The position numbers and the translations under genes were made by a program. Below are positions 58,515 to 64,000 of a stretch of DNA of 64,000 nt, in pieces. The notes beneath the pieces are model-generated. The model was not told where the DNA came from, searched no databases, and saw only the letters and a list, made by a program, of their open reading frames with translations. This DNA is from Picochlorum sp. SENEW3 (lineage: Eukaryota): NCBI GenBank assembly GCA_034226945.1, contig CP120462.1, positions 806,001-870,000 of the forward strand, read 5' to 3'. Every line of letters begins with the position of its first letter. Position 1 is the first letter of the stretch.

Positions 58515-58778
58515 ATGACGTTTGAAGTAACCATACAAGAGTGGAAGGCAGTAGCCTCTTGGACCTGGGATGCTGGAGACGATGTATGCGGTATCTGTCG
58601 AGCTCCGTTCGACGGATGTGCTCCAGATGCCAAGTTTCCGGGGGATGATTGCCCGGTGGTGTGGGGTGTATGCTCCCATGCGTTTCATTTACCATGCATC
58701 AACAAGTGGCTTTCTACGCAGGCAGAATCAAAATGCCCCTTCTGCAGACAGGTCTGGGAATTCAAATCTGCCTCGTAG
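58515..58778 (+). CDS. APC11: Anaphase-promoting complex subunit 11 (RING-H2)
   Basis: W.AVASWTWDA.DD.CGICR.PFDGC...K.PGDDCP..WG.C.HAFH..CI.KW...CP.CRQ.W.FK. Confidence 0.95.
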   Translation: MTFEVTIQEWKAVASWTWDAGDDVCGICRAPFDGCAPDAKFPGDDCPVVWGVCSHAFHLPCINKWLSTQAESKCPFCRQVWEFKSAS

Positions 58779-58960
58779 CAATTCATGTATTATTTGATGT
58801 GAACCTTCATAGATACTGAGCTCGGAGAAGAGGATTTCACGCTCACATACGGTGCTGGGAATTCAAATCTGCCTCGTAGCAATTCATGTATTATTTGATG
58901 TGAACCTTCATAGATACTGAGCTCGGAGAAGAGGATTTCACGCTCACATACGGTGCTGGG
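58754..58960. repeat. Perfect 101-bp tandem duplication with CTGGG microhomology
   Basis: 58754-58854 is identical to 58855-58955; CTGGG occurs at 58754, 58855 and 58956. Confidence 0.95.
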
Positions 58961-60008
58961 GTCACAATGTGTGCTTTTCTGTCATTGTTTCTGTAGAAAT
59001 CTGACCAGTAGGAGGACCGCTGAGGCGAATGACCGTCCTTGGTGTCCCATAGCATTATTGGACTCCATCCAAGACCTCCATTGCGCCGGCGCTTCATCTC
59101 CTTTGGGTACCCGAGCGGCCACTGCACAAATCTGGTCTCTGTACCCTGAATCTTTTGGTCTTGTGTAAAATGTGTATGCCCATAAACGTGACAGTCAGGC
59201 TGTAATTCCTCAACCCTTCGTGCAAGATAATCGCTTCCAGCAGCTTTGGCCAAGTTGGGATAGAAGAGCCATCGCTTCTCTGGAAGCAGCTCCTGATGGG
59301 GTAAAAAGTGTGAAAATGACACCACAAACACACCACTCTCCAACCTATCCCTTTTGATTTGATCCAGTGCCTCGACATATTCCCGTCCATTCATGCCATC
59401 GAAATACACTGCCAGAGAATCATCCCCTGATGCCCGTACATGTGGCTGTGATGACCAATCACACGCGTGAAAGTCCATCATGACCCTTTCAATTGGATAG
59501 GCACCAGGGATGTCTGGCTCCTTATCCCACGATGCATGATACCAAGACCACATTGGCACAATCCATACCTGCTCTGACACCTTGGTGGGCCTCGTCTTCA
59601 CTCCCAAATCGTCACAAATCCTGACTATTTCCCTCAACTTGCCCAATGAGTCATAGCGAGTACGATCCTTCTTCCTAACCCATAGCTCATGATTACCCGT
59701 CACAAAGAACACGTGGTGATAGGCAGACACAAGATGCTCGAAAGTCGTCCGAAATATATCCAAATCATCACTCACATCCCCAGCAACAATCAATACGCGC
59801 TCCTCCTGTTCCTGGGAAGTCGACTGGCCAAGGTCAAGACCCCTCACCTCCTGGCAATGACTCTCAATCCTACACGCATTGTTGACTGAGTTATTTTTTA
59901 TATAGTATGGAAGAACAATACGGAATCCATGCATGCCAAAACACCGTACCATGCCAGATTCTCTTTATAATCCGTGTGAACGTCGCTGATTGCAAATACC
60001 TTGACCAT
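58891..60008 (-). CDS. Calcineurin-like metallophosphoesterase, 2 exons
   Basis: AISDVH, VAGDV, TGNHELW, SFSHFLP, HVYGHTH. Intron 59949-59870. Confidence 0.88.
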
Positions 60009-60579
60009 GCCGCACGAGTACTGCTTTTTCTTTGTAAAGAATCTACGTATTCTCTTATTATTACTTTTTATTGTATTCACAGAATGAGCATTCATGCCAT
60101 GCCATGTCATGAGGGCCATGTTTTCTTCTCTTCTTCTTCTTCATTCCCTTGTACTGCATGCAAGGGAGCAATTGCTCGGAAAGAATCCGATCGTAGTCTA
60201 CGTTCATACCCATGCATCATCATCGTCATCATCATCATCATCATATATATGCTGAAACGGAAGAGAAGAAGAAAAAATAAAAAAAAGGACCAGGTGGATT
60301 GATGGATTCGAGGCAACCGTTGACCACTGGAGTCAACGGTTGCCTCGGTCTGCTCTGAATGTGCATCTTCATTGTTTGAACAAACATTCGATCGACCCAT
60401 TCATTCGGTTGATATTCAATAGAAAATGATTTTAAATTGATTTTATTGTATTCGTTGAATATCTGTTTGCAGAAACGTCCATCTACATGGTACAAGAAGA
60501 AGAAGGAACCATGCCGTCCTGGGGTGCGCGTTGCTGAGTCTTGCGACATTTGATTGATTCACACAGACAGCCATCAGCC

Positions 60580-61539
60580 ATGGTTGATGACACAACGAGC
60601 GAGATTAGTCCTCATGGGAATAATGGGGATATGAGTGCAATGCATGGGGCATTCGAATATAGAAGCAAGGTATTGCCGCGGTTGCCTCAGCTGCATCCTG
60701 GGGGTGTTCCTCTAGACTTTCGCGGGCCAACGCCGTGGAGTAACTACATCATACAGGGGAGGGTTCTTGCTGGAGCGTATCCAGCCACTATAAGTGATGA
60801 AGAGACGCATGGGATTCTGCGGGCTCTGCTCAAGGTTGGCGTTACAACGTTTGTTTGTTTACAAGCAGAATATAACAACTCTGTCTCTGACATGTCCTGG
60901 AAAATGGGCAAGACGCTTCGACCATACATAAAGGATGCTCAAAGAATGATTATGGATGCGAAAAAGGCGAGAGAAGGCGATACTGCTGGGAACGATGATT
61001 TGAAAAACATACATCAGACGAGGTTGGATCTGTTGCACCTCCCAATTGTAGATGGAAGTGTCACCAGCGATGGTGCCATTTCAGATTTAGCAGATGACTG
61101 TTGTCAACGGATATTACGCGGAGAGAGATTGTATATACACTGCTGGGGTGGACACGGTCGGACTGGATCATTAGTAGCACTCATTTTGTCCAGGCTGTAT
61201 GGGTTGACTGCCCTTGATGCATTGCACTACACCCAAAAGATGCACGATGTTCGGGTTGCGAGCCAGAACACGGCATCTCCGCAGACTCGGGCTCAAATCT
61301 TACAGGTTCTTCGAATCATATCACAGTCAGACCCGAAGGAATATTCTGAGAAATTTTCATGGCCACATTGCACTCTTTTGCCTTTTACAGCTCTGGAAGA
61401 GCAACGCTGGTTGAAAAAGATTCAACAGGATCCTGCCATGCTTTCACGGGGCATTCTCAAAAGTAGCCAGAATATTCATCATGATAATGAAAACAATGAA
61501 GATGATTCAAAACTGATTAAATCTGTCAGTATAGTATGA
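60580..61539 (+). CDS. Cys-based (PTP/dual-specificity-like) phosphatase
   Basis: LAGAYP, GVTTFVCLQ, HLPIVD, YIHCWGGHGRTG, SPQT..Q. Confidence 0.85.
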   Translation: MVDDTTSEISPHGNNGDMSAMHGAFEYRSKVLPRLPQLHPGGVPLDFRGPTPWSNYIIQGRVLAGAYPATISDEETHGILRALLKVGVTTFVCLQAEYNNSVSDMSWKMGKTLRPYIKDAQRMIMDAKKAREGDTAGNDDLKNIHQTRLDLLHLPIVDGSVTSDGAISDLADDCCQRILRGERLYIHCWGGHGRTGSLVALILSRLYGLTALDALHYTQKMHDVRVASQNTASPQTRAQILQVLRIISQSDPKEYSEKFSWPHCTLLPFTALEEQRWLKKIQQDPAMLSRGILKSSQNIHHDNENNEDDSKLIKSVSIV

Positions 61540-61641
61540 TACTACTATTACTTTTGTGTTCATTTCATTTCATACCCAATCATAATATAGGTATAGGGTA
61601 TTTTCTTCTGCCAAAAAGGCAAGTATATATACAGATGTTTG

Positions 61642-62520
61642 TCATTCCTTGCTGAACATATGTAATGATAAATCATTAAAAGCCCCTGATACGGGGAATC
61701 CGTATTCTGGCAATGCTATTTCTCTGACACGAGAAACACATGCCGCAACCAGATAGGCCACATGTTCATCATCCCTCCGAATACCCATCTCACCCCGCTC
61801 CTTGTATGTCTTGAGAGAATTACCTAGCATGATGACATTATGTAACGTATCAGATTCTATATTCCTTCGGAGCAGATGCGCTGTGAGGCATGCTTCGCAA
61901 TGAGGCATGAAGAAGAGCGTAGGCACTGTGGCAACCACCTTGCCATCTGATGCATCTGCCACATGGAACCCGTACGACTCGTGCACGAGACGATCAACTC
62001 GGGAATATATGGGGTCGTACGTTTCTGAGCATTCAGGAGAAAAGGTGCGATGTAAAAGCACCGCCATAGCCACCTGATACCGAATATGAACAGCGCCAGG
62101 CTGTTCCACTGACCCAAGTCCCCACACATACATGCATTGTATGTGTCCATCCATATTCACCATGTGATCACGCAATGCCTGAAGAGTACTCTTGAAGTAC
62201 ATGGAATCCTGAACTTCAGAGATGGCAGATTCAACGAGAACAGTGTAGTGCGCAATGACCCGCTCAGACGGAGCAGGGTCCTTGTCTTCTGACAACCTCT
62301 GTCGACCAACCCCGCCGCCCATCTGCTCGCCTTCTTCTACAGATGCGTCATAATAGTAGTATAATATCTTATAGAAATAGCAATGGCGATGATGATTCAG
62401 TGGATCCGTACCCATCGTGAGATGCTTCCGCATGCTGTGCATGTTCCTCTTCTTCTTCTTATTTCTCCGAGAAGAGGACCCGACAGTGGTCCAACCACCG
62501 TTTTCGTTATTGGTAGACAT
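61642..62520 (-). CDS. SRR1: SRR1 (SENSITIVITY TO RED LIGHT REDUCED 1)-like protein
   Basis: WGLGS, RYQVA, YDP, PTLFFMPHCE, LGNS, AFND. Likely in-frame 75-nt intron 62411-62337. Confidence 0.85.
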   Translation of the reverse strand: MSTNNENGGWTTVGSSSRRNKKKKRNMHSMRKHLTMGTDPLNHHRHCYFYKILYYYYDASVEEGEQMGGGVGRQRLSEDKDPAPSERVIAHYTVLVESAISEVQDSMYFKSTLQALRDHMVNMDGHIQCMYVWGLGSVEQPGAVHIRYQVAMAVLLHRTFSPECSETYDPIYSRVDRLVHESYGFHVADASDGKVVATVPTLFFMPHCEACLTAHLLRRNIESDTLHNVIMLGNSLKTYKERGEMGIRRDDEHVAYLVAACVSRVREIALPEYGFPVSGAFNDLSLHMFSKE

Positions 62521-62531
62521 TATATATTACA

Positions 62532-64000
62532 TTATGATTTTTTAAGTAGAGACAGGGCTCTGTTTTTCTGTTCTACAAGGGTGGCATTCTCACGTTCTAA
62601 TTCCTGGATTCGAGCCTGCAGTTGTTCCTGGACATTTTCCTGCTCTTGCCCCGGCATGGGCTGCGTCATGCCTTGTGATTCCATCATGGATGTGATTGTA
62701 TACTCGTCAGATACTCTATATAGGGTACTATTGCTGCTGCTAGAATCAATGAGGACCATGGTTTGTTGCCATGGTTTGAGCGGGACACCTGAGGATCCTG
62801 CAACCTTGGCAAAGTTTCCTAAAGGCATCATACGAAGGCTTGATTCGGGCACCTGCCCACGTCCTCGCCCCGACATGCCGAGTGGGTACTTCAACACGAG
62901 AACAGTTGCGACTGGTGCACCGATTGAAGACTTGCGAATATGCTGACCTGTGACAGTGTCCCACGTGATTACTGATCCATCCTCTGTTCCAGCAACCAAG
63001 GTTGCGCCATCTCTCGATAACGCCAATGAGGTCACTCCACCGCACTGGGTTTTGAATTTTTTAATCATGTTTCTACTAATATGAGTATTTGACTGCTGCG
63101 CATCACTGGCTGCTTCTATAAAAGACACACTGAAAATGTTCCCACTACTTGATCCAACATACACACAGTACTCCAATGGATCGAGAGCTATGCTCATCAA
63201 AGCACAAGGTAATGTTACCTTTTGCAACAGTCGTCCTGACAGGAGGGACCTCACCGAGATTGTATGATCCAAACTGCAGACAAACACGTATGGATCAGTC
63301 ACCCCTGCCCCGACGCAAACCTGACTGATCGGCATCGTATGGTCGCTCCACGTGTGCAAACTCCCCTGTTGATTCTCTTGTGATAGAACACCTGCAACAG
63401 ACCACACAGTGACCAGACTATCCTCGCTCCCAGCCACAATCTCTGTCCCTTTGTCACTGAATGCAATCGTTGTCACCCTTTTGTGATGCGCCTTCCATGA
63501 CAGGAGAAGCTTGCCCACGCTGGCATCCCATATATGAATATTTCCTGAATCACCTCCAGTAGCGCAGAGAATCCCATCCTTGCTGCACGCAATACTCCAG
63601 CATTTCTCTGGAACAAAACTCTTCTGAAGTATCTGTTCCTGCACACATCAACAACAAAACGATACATATCAGCCTGATCTGATCTAGGGCAAAATACAAA
63701 GCCTATATCTTCATCATACCTTTCTCCAGTCCCAAAAGTGTAGAATCGGCTTTTGATGCTGGCAGCTTGCGAAATAATCCCTCCCAATTGTACATGCAGC
63801 TCTCAAAGCGTTCGAGTTTCCTTTAAAACTACACAGCGATGTACCCGTAGCAAGGTCCCTGAAATATTCATGAAATATGCATTGCACTCAGATGTCCCAA
63901 TAGCAGGATGATGCAGAAAGTATGGATCGTACCATGCATGGACCATGCCACTCGAAGCAGCTGGAAACACAAGGATGATATCATCATCCTGAGTAGCCAT
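62532..64000 (-). CDS. WD40 protein WDR18/Ipi3/RID3 (rixosome), 3 exons
   Basis: ATG at 64000; spliced WDL.TG....FK, KSFVPE, SGNIHIWD..GKLL..W.AH.KRVT, WSDHTMP, C-terminal coiled coil. Confidence 0.85.

Noticed and set aside
58754..58960. CRISPR-like or transposon terminal repeat
   Set aside because: Two adjacent copies of host gene ends, with no spacers, cas genes or transposase.

Overview
Gene-dense eukaryotic nuclear DNA from a compact-genome green alga. Short GT-AG introns, TGTAA poly(A) signals after many stops, plastid-targeted FtsZ1/CtpA/KARI and very short intergenic gaps point to Trebouxiophyceae, probably Picochlorum-like; the taxon is an inference. About 43 protein-coding genes were reconstructed, many by manual splicing. 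No rRNA, confident tRNA, CRISPR array or transposase was seen. Family calls come from recalled motifs, not database searches. Highlights: (1) a cluster of three paralogous 4-TM genes (14.7-17.1 kb) resembling the Chlamydomonas low-CO2 channel LCI1; (2) a long, self-complementary RPL11 intron 1 hiding a candidate stop-containing cassette exon; (3) an NCS2 purine permease lying between two reciprocally decayed copies of the KARI/METTL21 gene junction; (4) a perfect 101-bp microhomology-bounded tandem duplication at another convergent junction; (5) a bacterial-type beta-helix protein split by a PAPK-repeat stalk; (6) same-strand gene pairs only 11-60 nt apart (bicistronic candidates); (7) divergent FIT/Scs3-like, frataxin-like and aldose-epimerase-like proteins, and the meiotic gene HEI10.
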